From NCBI GenBank assembly GCA_003223975.1, contig QHXS01000043.1:1-52173 (forward strand): a DNA stretch of 52,173 nucleotides, in the 5' to 3' direction. The position numbers and the translations under genes were made by a program. This document shows positions 1 to 7,222 of the stretch, piece after piece. How positions within the stretch are numbered: position 1 is the stretch's first letter; each line of letters begins with the position of its first letter. Origin of the DNA: Acidobacteriota bacterium (lineage in GTDB: Bacteria > Acidobacteriota > Blastocatellia > Pyrinomonadales > Pyrinomonadaceae). The notes beneath the pieces were generated by a model. That model saw only the letters and a program-made list of their open reading frames with translations. It was not told where the DNA came from and made no database searches.

Positions 1-179
1 ATCACACCAGCTATTTGTGATGAGGGGCTTCAAAGGACCTGTTCCGACGTTGAGAACTCCGGCGCCACTGCCAGTGCGGGTGATCTTAAAGGTAGCGCCT
101 TTGGTAGCGGGAACATTAAGGCCGAGAGCGACACTGCCACTGGCGATTGCGGCACTGTAGAGGATTTGCTGTGGATCTA
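1..179. repeat. Left copy of exact 179-bp terminal direct repeat (= 51995-52173)
   Basis: atcacaccagctatttgtgatgagg...gatttgctgtggatcta was read at both window ends and is identical throughout. Confidence 0.95.
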
Positions 180-3100
180 TATCTGCGGTGAGGTTCTTCG
201 CCGCTGTTACTTCAAGCATATCTATGGTCTTGCCGAAAGGCAAGAAGGTGGCAGCGGCACTGCTGACGAATGTCCAGCCGTAGTTGTCTGTAGTATTGCT
301 GACAAAGGTCCAACCGTAGTTGTCAGCGCCGGTGACTGCACCACTGGAGTGGGAAGGTTCCACAGTGGATGCTACTGCTCCCGGATCAGTTGAGCAGCGG
401 TAGTACTTCCCGTTGGATGCTAAAATGAAGGCGTTGAGAGCGTAATCAGTGCCGGTGAGCCAAAGAGTTGAGAGGCGGAGCCAAGCATAGCCGTCAGCGA
501 CTTTAATCTCCCCTACGTCGTGGGTGGGCTCAGTGTTGCAAAAGGTATTCCCTGGGTCGATTGTGCAGCGATAGTACTTTCCGTTGGATGCCTTGACACA
601 GTCGTTGAGGAAGTAGTTAGTGCTGTTGGCCCAATTAGCAACGAAAGTCCAGCCGTAGCCATCTATAGGGTTGGTGATCTCTCCGCTGGCGTGGGTGGGC
701 TCGATGGTGGAGAAGGTGGCTCCAGGATCGAATGAACATCGGTAGTATTTGCCATTCGATGCTAGGATGAAAGCATGTTGGGGATAGTCGGTGTTGATAG
801 TCCATACCGATGCTGCTGCGCGGATGACCTCGCCGCTGGAGTGGGAAGGTTCTATGGTGGAAAGGAAAGAGCCTCCTGGATCGAGAGAGCAGCGGTAGGT
901 ATTGCCATTGGTGGCGAGCACGTAGTTGTGGATAGCGTAGTTGGTCCCAGTTGCCCAGGCGGGAGTGGTGCCCGCTACGCCACTTCCAGTGCAGACCCAG
1001 CCGACATAGGTGTCGATTGCGGCATTGGTGTTCCAGATAACATCTCCGGCGGCGTACTCCCCTGTGGCTGGCATGGCGTTGCTGGTGGTTTGCCGGCGGG
1101 TGGTGGTAGCAGCGCCACCGCCACCAATTGCCAGCGTCGGGAAGTGCATCAGATAGGGCTGTGCGCGAGAGGTGCCCATCTTTTGCGTAGTGTTGGCGGT
1201 GGTGAGATAGTGCGCGATGAAGGAGCCACCGTTTATTAACTGGTAATTACCCGTCGGGTGGTCGTATTGCCAGATCCAAGTAAGGGGCTCCAGCCATGCT
1301 TTGTAGTTCAAAGCGCGGAAAAGCGTTCCGGAGCTGTTGGGATCGCCACCGAGGCTGACACGGTTAGTGTTCTCATCTATCACGCCAACACCAGAGGGGA
1401 AGGTTAGCACGCCGAGATTGCTCTGGATGTGACCACCCTGGGGCTGCCAGTTGGTAATACCGCCCACTGCGATAGAGGTGGCAGATAGAAAGCCTGGGGA
1501 CTCATCTCCCTCTTGGTAGCAGCCCAGGAAGGTGTTCCTTGCGTTGGGATTGTCACCGACGAATCCTCCGCCTTTGAAATACGTGCCGACGGGCTGCCCA
1601 GGCAGCCAGACGGGGAAGTAGGGATGGAAGGGAACGTTGATGCCGCCGCCAGAGGTAGGTATCCAAACACTGTCATCAGTACCGGGCTGGGTAGCGGCTA
1701 GCAGGGCTTCAGTCGTAGTGAACTTGGCGTAGTATTTGTTGTATGTTCCGCCTGGTCCGTTCTGTAAAGAGACCATGGAGGATTGGTTGGCAGGGTTGCC
1801 GCCGTTAGTAGCGCAGCCGTTGCCACGCGAGTGGCAGCCGATCCAGGTGTTGCCGAGGAAATTACTGTCATTGATGCCGTGGCGGCCGTTGGCAACTGCG
1901 TTGATGGTAATGCCAGTGACGACGTTACTGTCTCCTCCGTCAATGAATATTCCGCTGCCTCGGTTGGCGACTACACCGACATTGTGGAAATGGGAAATAG
2001 AGGGACCGCCGCGAGTAAGCGGATTGACGTATTGCCAGACGAAGCCGTCGGGATAGGGAGTTAGATCACTAGGGTCGGTGTGAGTAGGTTGGCTGGTAGA
2101 AGCAGTGCCGGGATCGGTGAGGCAGCGATAGCCCTTTGTCCCACCAGCGGTTACTACGCACTGCAGTCTCGCGTAGTCAGTGCCGGAGGTCCAGGGAGTG
2201 TAGCTTTGACCAATGCTGGTTCCAATGGCGTGGATTCCATTTCCATTGAAATTATCAATGTAGCAATTCCGTACCTGAGTGGCGGTGCAGAGCCACAGGC
2301 CGTGTGCATTGGGGTTGCCTACAGTTCCAGTGGTGAGAATGCCACGGAAGCCGATACCGTCGATGACTGAACCGATGGTTCCGCCTGTGCCGAAGGTACC
2401 TACGGTTTCTATAATATTCTCAAAGGTGTCGAAGTGGTTGAACTTCATGCCACAGCAGTCGACGGGGAAATGCAGGGTGGTGGCGTGCAGGTGGCCAGGA
2501 GGGTTGTAGCTCTCCCCGCGGAGGCGGGTGACGGCTTTGACCTGAATGCCCCAGGGGCCGGAGTTCATGAAATAATCGCCCGCCGGGATGTGAATGGAGG
2601 GGCCTTCTGGCCAAGGGTTGCTGCCGGGGATTTCTGCTGGGTCGAAAAGGGGGCGGATGGCGAGGAGCTTGCGAAGCTTTGGCGCGTCGTCAGTGACGCC
2701 ATCGCGAGCAGGGTTCATGGCGAGAAAGTTATACCAACCATCATCGCCCTGGAGTACGTAGAGTTTCACTCCGCCGGCGGTAGTGAGGTGATGGTCTGTG
2801 GCGCCTGCGGCGGCTTCTCGGTAGTGGAAATTCGCGCCCTTCCAAAGGGAGCCAACGCCTTGCGGCCCGTTGGTGGATGCTAAGAGGGCTGCGACAGTGG
2901 GGAACTGTAGGCCAGATGGTGGTCCAGGAGGTCCCTCATCGCCCTTGGGGCCGGTGTCGCCCGGAGGGCCTTTTTGGATATAGAAGGCGGGGAAAGAGCC
3001 TTCTTGGGCAATCGTAGTTCGGAAAAGCAAGACGTAGGTTTTGTTCGGATCAAGCTCTCCGGCGGCTAGCTCCTCTCCCCCCTCGGCGAAAATGGGATAG

Positions 3101-3369
3101 GCTGGAAGGGTGTTGATGGAGAGTGAGGGGTTGGCGTTGCTGGGGATGTGGGGGGAGAAGTAGAAGGCTTTGTCCTCGGTTAGTAAAAAGGGATCGCTGA
3201 CGGTGTAGCCAGAAATGTGGCCAGTGTAAATGCTTCCGGTGTTCTGGACATCTACAATCCGTTCTGCGACGTGGTTCCAGAGGAGAGGGATGTTCTGCTC
3301 TGTATACTCGGTGAGCACTTTGCCCGCTGGGCCGTGCATTGCGCTGTAGCTGCCGATATGCTTAGACAT
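1..3369 (-). CDS. Tailspike/tail fibre, first 1,123 codons. The ORF runs off the left edge and continues at 51994->51944.
   Basis: Manual minus-strand translation from ATG (comp 3367-3369) stays open to position 1. RBS GGAGAG lies 6 nt upstream. The protein starts MSKHIGSY and has a collagen-like stretch GPPGDTGPKGDEGPPGPP. DGVTDDAPKLRKLL and NRGSGIFIDGGDSNVVTGITINAVANGRHGINDSNFLGN are beta-helix (pectate-lyase-3-like) motifs. Five W-x-G-T-D/N-Y...NGKYYRC...EP(S/T)H modules follow. It is absent from the ORF track because it is edge-truncated. Confidence 0.85.
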   Translation of the reverse strand, partial: MSKHIGSYSAMHGPAGKVLTEYTEQNIPLLWNHVAERIVDVQNTGSIYTGHISGYTVSDPFLLTEDKAFYFSPHIPSNANPSLSINTLPAYPIFAEGGEELAAGELDPNKTYVLLFRTTIAQEGSFPAFYIQKGPPGDTGPKGDEGPPGPPSGLQFPTVAALLASTNGPQGVGSLWKGANFHYREAAAGATDHHLTTAGGVKLYVLQGDDGWYNFLAMNPARDGVTDDAPKLRKLLAIRPLFDPAEIPGSNPWPEGPSIHIPAGDYFMNSGPWGIQVKAVTRLRGESYNPPGHLHATTLHFPVDCCGMKFNHFDTFENIIETVGTFGTGGTIGSVIDGIGFRGILTTGTVGNPNAHGLWLCTATQVRNCYIDNFNGNGIHAIGTSIGQSYTPWTSGTDYARLQCVVTAGGTKGYRCLTDPGTASTSQPTHTDPSDLTPYPDGFVWQYVNPLTRGGPSISHFHNVGVVANRGSGIFIDGGDSNVVTGITINAVANGRHGINDSNFLGNTWIGCHSRGNGCATNGGNPANQSSMVSLQNGPGGTYNKYYAKFTTTEALLAATQPGTDDSVWIPTSGGGINVPFHPYFPVWLPGQPVGTYFKGGGFVGDNPNARNTFLGCYQEGDESPGFLSATSIAVGGITNWQPQGGHIQSNLGVLTFPSGVGVIDENTNRVSLGGDPNSSGTLFRALNYKAWLEPLTWIWQYDHPTGNYQLINGGSFIAHYLTTANTTQKMGTSRAQPYLMHFPTLAIGGGGAATTTRRQTTSNAMPATGEYAAGDVIWNTNAAIDTYVGWVCTGSGVAGTTPAWATGTNYAIHNYVLATNGNTYRCSLDPGGSFLSTIEPSHSSGEVIRAAASVWTINTDYPQHAFILASNGKYYRCSFDPGATFSTIEPTHASGEITNPIDGYGWTFVANWANSTNYFLNDCVKASNGKYYRCTIDPGNTFCNTEPTHDVGEIKVADGYAWLRLSTLWLTGTDYALNAFILASNGKYYRCSTDPGAVASTVEPSHSSGAVTGADNYGWTFVSNTTDNYGWTFVSSAAATFLPFGKTIDMLEVTAAKNLTADIDPQQILYSAAIASGSVALGLNVPATKGATFKITRTGSGAGVLNVGTGPLKPLITNSWCD
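265..957 (-). repeat. Four tandem 51-57-aa carbohydrate-binding-like modules inside the tailspike gene (nucleotide period 153-171 bp)
   Basis: Module-initial Trp codons sit at comp 955-957, 802-804, 631-633 and 460-462. The recurring nucleotide block cggtagtacttcccgttggatgc / cgatagtactttccgttggatgc / cggtagtatttgccattcgatgc encodes (A)SNGKYYRC. A DNYGWTFV duplication lies at 265-324. Confidence 0.8.
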
Positions 3370-3476
3370 CTGGTGCTCTCCGATTTGCTTCGGAGTTCCG
3401 TTGCGCGCTTCGCGCGCTGGTGCTCTCCGGAACTAGGATTTCGAGGGGTGCGGGACAGGGATCTCCCAGCCCGGAG

Positions 3477-3505
3477 AGCATATGCGGGGGCAAAGCGCCC
3501 GTCAA
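3477..3505 (-). promoter_or_regulatory. Sigma70-like promoter for the tailspike gene: TTGACG-N17-TATGCT
   Basis: Minus strand reads CCCCTTGACG GGCGCTTTGCCCCCGCA TATGCT. The -35 is comp 3500-3505 and the -10 is comp 3477-3482, with an exact 17-nt spacer. It lies about 110 nt upstream of the ATG at 3369. Confidence 0.55.
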
Positions 3506-4098
3506 GGGGATGCTGGCAGCTCCTCGGTGGGATGGGCTGTAGGTCGCATCTTCGATTGCTCTTCAATCCAGGGCATGACTTCACGCACCACGCTGTTGCG
3601 TAAGTCAGCTAGGGTTCCATCATTAAAGATGTAGAAGGTGTTGGAGATTCCTGGGATGGAGAAATCTTCTCTGCTGTCGCCCTCAAAGGTGCTGCCTCGG
3701 CGTTGCACTTTGAGCTGGAGAATGCGAAGCCCGGAGTGGACTAGCACCATTGCTTCACTAAGGCGGCCGAAATCTGGGACTAGGATGAGGGGGGAGTGGC
3801 AATAGCGAATGGTGTCAAAAAGGTGATGGCCTAGCCAATCCTCTCCCATGAGGTCTCGGCCGAGGATCCAGGCGCCGATCTGGAGATCTCGGTAGCTAGT
3901 TCCAAGCAAGTTGAGGGGGTCGTCTTTTCGCTGCTCGATTCCTCCGCGCTGAGCGAGGGGGATGAACTGCAGGGCGATGGTCTTCAAGGGAGCTGACATG
4001 CGGCGGATAGCTGCTGCACCATGCAGTTCGCTGATGATGCTGCAAATGGAGTCCTTGCCAGCCCTCGGCGGGCCGGAGAGGCCGAGGATGATTTGCAC
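3502..4098 (-). CDS. P-loop dNMP-kinase-like protein
   Basis: Start trimmed to GTG (comp 4096-4098), 8 nt after GGAGGAG. The N-terminus (M)QIILGLSGPPRAGKDS is a Walker A right after beta-1, as in phage deoxynucleotide monophosphate kinases. The upstream part of the track ORF is Arg-rich junk. Confidence 0.5.
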   Translation of the reverse strand: MQIILGLSGPPRAGKDSICSIISELHGAAAIRRMSAPLKTIALQFIPLAQRGGIEQRKDDPLNLLGTSYRDLQIGAWILGRDLMGEDWLGHHLFDTIRYCHSPLILVPDFGRLSEAMVLVHSGLRILQLKVQRRGSTFEGDSREDFSIPGISNTFYIFNDGTLADLRNSVVREVMPWIEEQSKMRPTAHPTEELPASP

Positions 4099-4108
4099 CG
4101 GGATAGCT

Positions 4109-4125
4109 CCTCCAATCACGAGTTC
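4109..4125 (-). promoter_or_regulatory. Conserved 17-mer GAACTCGTGATTGGAGG, copy A (identical to 4589-4605)
   Basis: Exact 17/17 identity with copy B. It supplies the GGAGG RBS of the kinase-like gene and contains the TGA stop of the upstream ORF. Confidence 0.6.
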
Positions 4126-4409
4126 GCCGGCTGCACTTCGGCCGAAGGTTGCTGGGCTGCGCGAGCGCGATCTAGCATTCCGGTCCAGAAAGCCAGCATG
4201 CGCTCTGCGAACTCCTCTGCAGAAGGGGGTTGTGGCTGCATGTGCTCGTCTTCCTCTTCGCGTCCTGCTGTGGAGCTGAAAGTACACATACTGCCAGAAG
4301 GGAGTTGGAAGTGCTCCTCTTGCTGTGGTGGAAAGCTCTTCGAGCTGCCATCTTCAAAGTAGACTACGATGTCCGCCTCAGTTGCCATGAAGGTAAAGTT
4401 AATGCTCAC
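4116..4409 (-). CDS. Hypothetical early protein (97 aa)
   Basis: GTG start sits 7 nt after GGAGG and overlaps the stop of the upstream small ORF as GTGA. The sequence is VSINFTFMATEADIVVYFEDG... Confidence 0.5.
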   Translation of the reverse strand: MSINFTFMATEADIVVYFEDGSSKSFPPQQEEHFQLPSGSMCTFSSTAGREEEDEHMQPQPPSAEEFAERMLAFWTGMLDRARAAQQPSAEVQPANS

Positions 4410-4573
4410 TTTCTGTCCTCCCAGGGAATGCCGCAAGAGCGGCCAGAGAAATGTTGATGTCTGTTACAGCCTTTATAACCACAACAGGTGTCATGCTTCG
4501 GTGGTAGGTAGTGCGCAAGCTCCTGATGGCCGTTCAGCCACAACATTATAGCTAGTATGATCCCTGCGCCCAT
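4406..4573 (-). CDS. Small Cys-rich ORF (55 aa), below the ORF-track cutoff
   Basis: MGAGIILAIMLWLNGHQELAHYLPPKHDTCCGYKGCNRHQHFSGRSCGIPWEDRK. Its stop overlaps the next start (GTGA). The RBS spacing of 15 nt is poor. Confidence 0.3.
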   Translation of the reverse strand: MGAGIILAIMLWLNGHQELAHYLPPKHDTCCGYKGCNRHQHFSGRSCGIPWEDRK

Positions 4574-4588
4574 TGGGCTGTGCTGCTG

Positions 4589-4605
4589 CCTCCAATCACG
4601 AGTTC
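4589..4605 (-). promoter_or_regulatory. Conserved 17-mer GAACTCGTGATTGGAGG, copy B
   Basis: Exact copy of 4109-4125. It lies immediately after the stop of the 4604-4933 gene. Confidence 0.6.
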
Positions 4606-4933
4606 AAAGACCTAGATCAGCTAAGCTGAGCTGGTGTTTCTCCTTCTTCGCAGGACGGACAACAACACCAGTTGCTGCTTTAATATCTGCCCGGCGCTTC
4701 GAGTGCCCTGCGAGTTGCTTCGGTTCTCCCCAGGAGGCTCCTCTGAGGGCTTCAAGGATTTGGGCCTGGGTTGGACTGCCGGGGGTTGCGATTTTGGCAT
4801 CCTGCGTCCAATCCCTGATTGTGGTAGCTAGAAGGTGGATGCCCGCCTCTGTTGCTGGGATGTCAACAAAGTGGGTTGGGAGTTGCAGCCTAAAGCTGCC
4901 GTTCGGCGCGAGAGCTATGGTGAGCGATTTCAT
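4604..4933 (-). CDS. Early protein with C-terminal QLSLADLGL tail (109 aa)
   Basis: Start trimmed to ATG AAA, 9 nt after AAGGAG and downstream of the predicted TSS. It ends ...RPAKKEKHQLSLADLGL*. Confidence 0.6.
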   Translation of the reverse strand: MKSLTIALAPNGSFRLQLPTHFVDIPATEAGIHLLATTIRDWTQDAKIATPGSPTQAQILEALRGASWGEPKQLAGHSKRRADIKAATGVVVRPAKKEKHQLSLADLGL

Positions 4934-4956
4934 GGCATGGGACTCCTTTGCCCGCC

Positions 4957-4985
4957 ATGATGGCACACTTATGCACAGTTGTCAA
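4957..4985 (-). promoter_or_regulatory. Sigma70-like early promoter: TTGACA-N17-CATCAT with TGC extended -10
   Basis: Minus strand reads TTGACAACTGTGCATAAGTGTGCCATCAT. It aligns column for column with the promoters at 8304, 47917 and 51867. Confidence 0.6.
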
Positions 4986-5004
4986 GACCCATTGGCAGGG
5001 CGCT

Positions 5005-5016
5005 AATCACGAGTTC
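5005..5016 (-). promoter_or_regulatory. Partial third copy of the GAACTCGTGATT motif
   Basis: Minus strand reads GAACTCGTGATTAGCGC. It sits between the palindrome at 5019-5047 and the promoter. Confidence 0.45.
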
Positions 5017-5018
5017 GA

Positions 5019-5047
5019 TGGGTGTGTTCGCTTTGTGAAGATACCCA
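5019..5047. promoter_or_regulatory. 29-bp imperfect palindrome, copy a
   Basis: TGGGTGTGTTCGCTTTGTGAAGATACCCA. Outer arms are TGGGT/ACCCA and inner arms TTCGCT/TGTGAA. It matches copy c at 23/29. Confidence 0.55.
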
Positions 5048-5114
5048 TTAGGTTGGCCGAAGGCCAACTGAACACATCCATCAGGCCTATGCTTGGGAGG
5101 ACGCTAGGCCAATG

Positions 5115-5867
5115 CTACTTCTTTGCTGCCTCGTCTCGCTGCCGCTTCTCTTCCGCTTCACGCTTCTGGCGAGCTGCTTCGTCGCGCTGGCGCTTCTGCG
5201 CTGCGTCATCTTTCGGCTGCCCTGCCGGCTGCCCTGTGGTGGGGTTAGCTGGGTCGCCCTGGGCTGCCCAGTCCGCTTGGCGCTTTGCCCTGCTGCTGCC
5301 CTCCGGCGCACTCTCCGGTGGGACTTCAGGCAAGTTAGTGCTATCTAGCGGGGGTGAGATTGTAAGGGGAGGCTCGGCTGGACAAGCGATTGAGGGGGGA
5401 GCGTCGGTGGCGACACCCAGCGCTTGTCCAAGGGCGCCATAAGAGGTTGAGGGGGTCCAGAGATCGAGTATGATGTCGGTAAGGATTTCGGGATGGAGTG
5501 GGGTGGCGATATCGCGCTCACTGGCACCACTAGGGCTGAGAGCCGATGGCGTGGGATTGAAGTGAAGGCCGGTGTCGAGGGTTCGCTCGGGAAAGCTGGC
5601 CGCGCGACGGCCTCCGGCCGTCCCGTTGAACATCGCGATGTGCTGAGGGTCCAGGAACTCGTTGGCGCCAAAGTTGTTGGGGTCGAGCTGCTCTGTATAC
5701 CAGGGGGCGTCGAGTGCTGCACGGCGAGTGCGAGCTTGCTCCTCTGCACGCTCTGCAAGTGCTGCTTCATGCGCGAGAGCGCGAGATGCTACTGCGTCTG
5801 TTCGGCGCTCATTAGAGCTGTGGTTGCTGATTGCTGCGCCCGCTGGGGGGATGGTGACATTTGCCAT
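5115..5867 (-). CDS. Hypothetical protein with disordered middle and KR/E-rich coiled C-terminus (250 aa)
   Basis: Start trimmed to MANVTIPP, 10 nt after GAGGAG. The track ORF start would overlap the 6001-6222 gene. The C-terminus is KRQRDEAARQKREAEEKRQRDEAAKK. Confidence 0.55.
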   Translation of the reverse strand: MANVTIPPAGAAISNHSSNERRTDAVASRALAHEAALAERAEEQARTRRAALDAPWYTEQLDPNNFGANEFLDPQHIAMFNGTAGGRRAASFPERTLDTGLHFNPTPSALSPSGASERDIATPLHPEILTDIILDLWTPSTSYGALGQALGVATDAPPSIACPAEPPLTISPPLDSTNLPEVPPESAPEGSSRAKRQADWAAQGDPANPTTGQPAGQPKDDAAQKRQRDEAARQKREAEEKRQRDEAAKK

Positions 5868-5880
5868 AGCTATGATGCTC

Positions 5881-5906
5881 CTCAATGCGCACGTCTGCGC
5901 ATTGAG
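5881..5906 (-). promoter_or_regulatory. Perfect 11-bp-stem hairpin overlapping the RBS of the 5115-5867 gene
   Basis: ctcaatgcgca cgtc tgcgcattgag. On the minus strand the 3' arm runs into TTGAGGAG. Confidence 0.5.
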
Positions 5907-5907
5907 A

Positions 5908-5936
5908 ATGTTAATGCTAAGGTAGCTTCGAGTCAA
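5908..5936 (-). promoter_or_regulatory. Sigma70-like promoter: TTGACT-N17-TAACAT
   Basis: Minus strand reads TTGACT CGAAGCTACCTTAGCAT TAACAT, in the 133-bp gap between the 6001-6222 and 5115-5867 genes. Confidence 0.5.
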
Positions 5937-6000
5937 GAGATTGGCTGTAAAGAGCCAGTGTCTGTGGGCTCGAGTGTTAATGCCCTGCAGGCACAACGCC

Positions 6001-6222
6001 CTAGGAGATGCGCCAAATTCTGCAAGCAACGCCAGTGCCATCGCGTCGGGTGGTGTAGTTCCATCCAGGATGCTCCCGCTTGTATTTTGATGCTGCAGAA
6101 ACGACTTTACTCTGTGAGGGGGCAGAGAAGGAGTCCCCGATCTGCATATCACAGAAGGGATATTTTCTGCATCTACCTCTGCTATCTCCAGGGACAGGAA
6201 TTCCAGTTTCGATCTTAATCAT
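6001..6222 (-). CDS. Hypothetical small protein (73 aa), KYPF..M..GDSF motif
   Basis: Start MIKIETGIPVPG lies 6 nt after GAGGAG and overlaps the stop of the 6215-6601 gene. Confidence 0.55.
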   Translation of the reverse strand: MIKIETGIPVPGDSRGRCRKYPFCDMQIGDSFSAPSQSKVVSAASKYKREHPGWNYTTRRDGTGVACRIWRIS

Positions 6223-6601
6223 GAGATTCTCCTCGGTTCCAACGCGCAAATTCCTCATCAAGGTTAAGGTTCTCCAAGTCAGAGTCAGTGAGGGGGCGGA
6301 TAACGCTGGTTGGCGCGTTGATTGGATGGGGCTGGGTAGCCCGCTTTCTGCGCATGCGATCCCTGTTCTTCTCGTTCGCGCCCCTGCGGTAGCGCCAATG
6401 GACGGACTCTGCAATGAGGTTGTCCGCCGGTGGGAGTTGGGAGGTCGCTATGATGCCCTCGATCAGGGTTATCGCCATGAGGGTATCCATGCGATGGGCT
6501 GCTAAGGTGGTGCTGATTTCATCTCGCAAGCGAACGAAGGCTTGACGCTGGGCCAGGCCCTCGGTGCAAAGGGCGATCATGCGTTCTTGAGTGATTGGCA
6601 T
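6215..6601 (-). CDS. Hypothetical protein (128 aa)
   Basis: ORF-track ORF in the operon strand, with a plausible composition. Confidence 0.55.
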   Translation of the reverse strand: MPITQERMIALCTEGLAQRQAFVRLRDEISTTLAAHRMDTLMAITLIEGIIATSQLPPADNLIAESVHWRYRRGANEKNRDRMRRKRATQPHPINAPTSVIRPLTDSDLENLNLDEEFARWNRGESHD

Positions 6602-6639
6602 CTAGAAGCTCCTTCCAGTCAGAATGCAAATCCCGGGCA

Positions 6640-6846
6640 TTAGTTTAGCTCCCTCTCAAGACGCAAATCAACTGTGACCTCCGGCCAGGTCTGATGCAGG
6701 GCACGAAAGAAAGCAGCTTCATCCATCCCACCTGCCTTTGCAAGTGAGATGAAGTCAACTGCTATTGCCTCCATGTCCCAGGAGATGCCATCTGCATCCT
6801 CATGAGAATAGGCGCGAAGGCGTGGGCAAAAATCCTGTGGTCTCAT
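6640..6846 (-). CDS. Hypothetical protein (68 aa)
   Basis: Start trimmed to the second ATG (MRPQDF...), 7 nt after GAGGAG. Confidence 0.5.
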   Translation of the reverse strand: MRPQDFCPRLRAYSHEDADGISWDMEAIAVDFISLAKAGGMDEAAFFRALHQTWPEVTVDLRLERELN

Positions 6847-6847
6847 C

Positions 6848-7066
6848 TCACATCTCCTCATTTACTGCTAGAGTTGCGGTGCTTCCATCTGAGAAGGTGA
6901 GAAGGAGGAAGACATCACCATACTCCTGCTGAAGATATAGCTCTGGTCGACCAGATTCACTCTCCAAGCGTGCTGCTTCAAGTAGAAGGCGAGCGAGAGG
7001 GACTGCACCCTGATATGTATCGACTAGAGTGCTAATCCTGTGGTTAAAGCGGTCTGAGGTTTTCAT
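6848..7066 (-). CDS. Hypothetical protein (72 aa)
   Basis: Start trimmed to MKTSDRF after AAAGGAGAG. The longer track ORF would run through the upstream hairpin. Confidence 0.55.
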   Translation of the reverse strand: MKTSDRFNHRISTLVDTYQGAVPLARLLLEAARLESESGRPELYLQQEYGDVFLLLTFSDGSTATLAVNEEM

Positions 7067-7091
7067 GGCTACTCTCCTTTGGTTTAGGATG

Positions 7092-7115
7092 CCAGCGGAC
7101 AATCAAGTCCGCTGG
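7092..7115 (-). terminator. 9-bp-stem hairpin (ccagcggac aatcaa gtccgctgg) between two early genes
   Basis: Perfect inverted repeat read directly. No U-tract follows, so its function (terminator or processing site) is uncertain. Confidence 0.35.
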
Positions 7116-7120
7116 ACACC

Positions 7121-7182
7121 AAAGCCAACTAGAGTGCAAGTCAAAAGCCAACTAGAGTGCAAGTCAGGTGCAAGTCAAAAGG
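7121..7182 (-). repeat. Two perfect 23-bp tandem repeats plus a partial third copy
   Basis: aaagccaactagagtgcaagtca occurs at 7121-7143 and 7144-7166, followed by ggtgcaagtcaaaagg. On the minus strand this gives three TTGACTTGCAC units. Confidence 0.85.
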
Positions 7183-7222
7183 TGAAGGCGCGTGGGAAGA
7201 TAAACTTCAAGGTCGCTTTGAG

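Noticed and set aside
1-179. The 179-bp repeat as a genuine T7-like direct terminal repeat
   Set aside because: It lies inside a gene that only becomes complete when the ends are joined. Physical DTRs of podoviruses are normally non-coding. This still needs read-level confirmation.
166-2883. Series of 60-154-aa plus-strand ORFs from the track (166-393, 520-735, 775-1239, 1736-2064, 2080-2370, 2434-2883, and others) that could be read as a cluster of small repeated genes
   Set aside because: They are antisense shadows of the single long minus-strand tailspike ORF. Their periodic similarity reflects the tandem CBM-like modules of that gene. They have no RBSs and an odd composition rich in Gly, Val, Cys and Arg.
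1-3369. Stop-codon reassignment or an alternative genetic code as the explanation for the apparently ORF-free left 3.4 kb
   Set aside because: The standard code gives an uninterrupted minus-strand frame. The ORF is missing from the track only because it runs off the window edge.
7121-7182. Tandem repeats here and at 10973-11022 as possible CRISPR arrays
   Set aside because: There are only 2-3 directly abutting units without spacers, and no cas genes.
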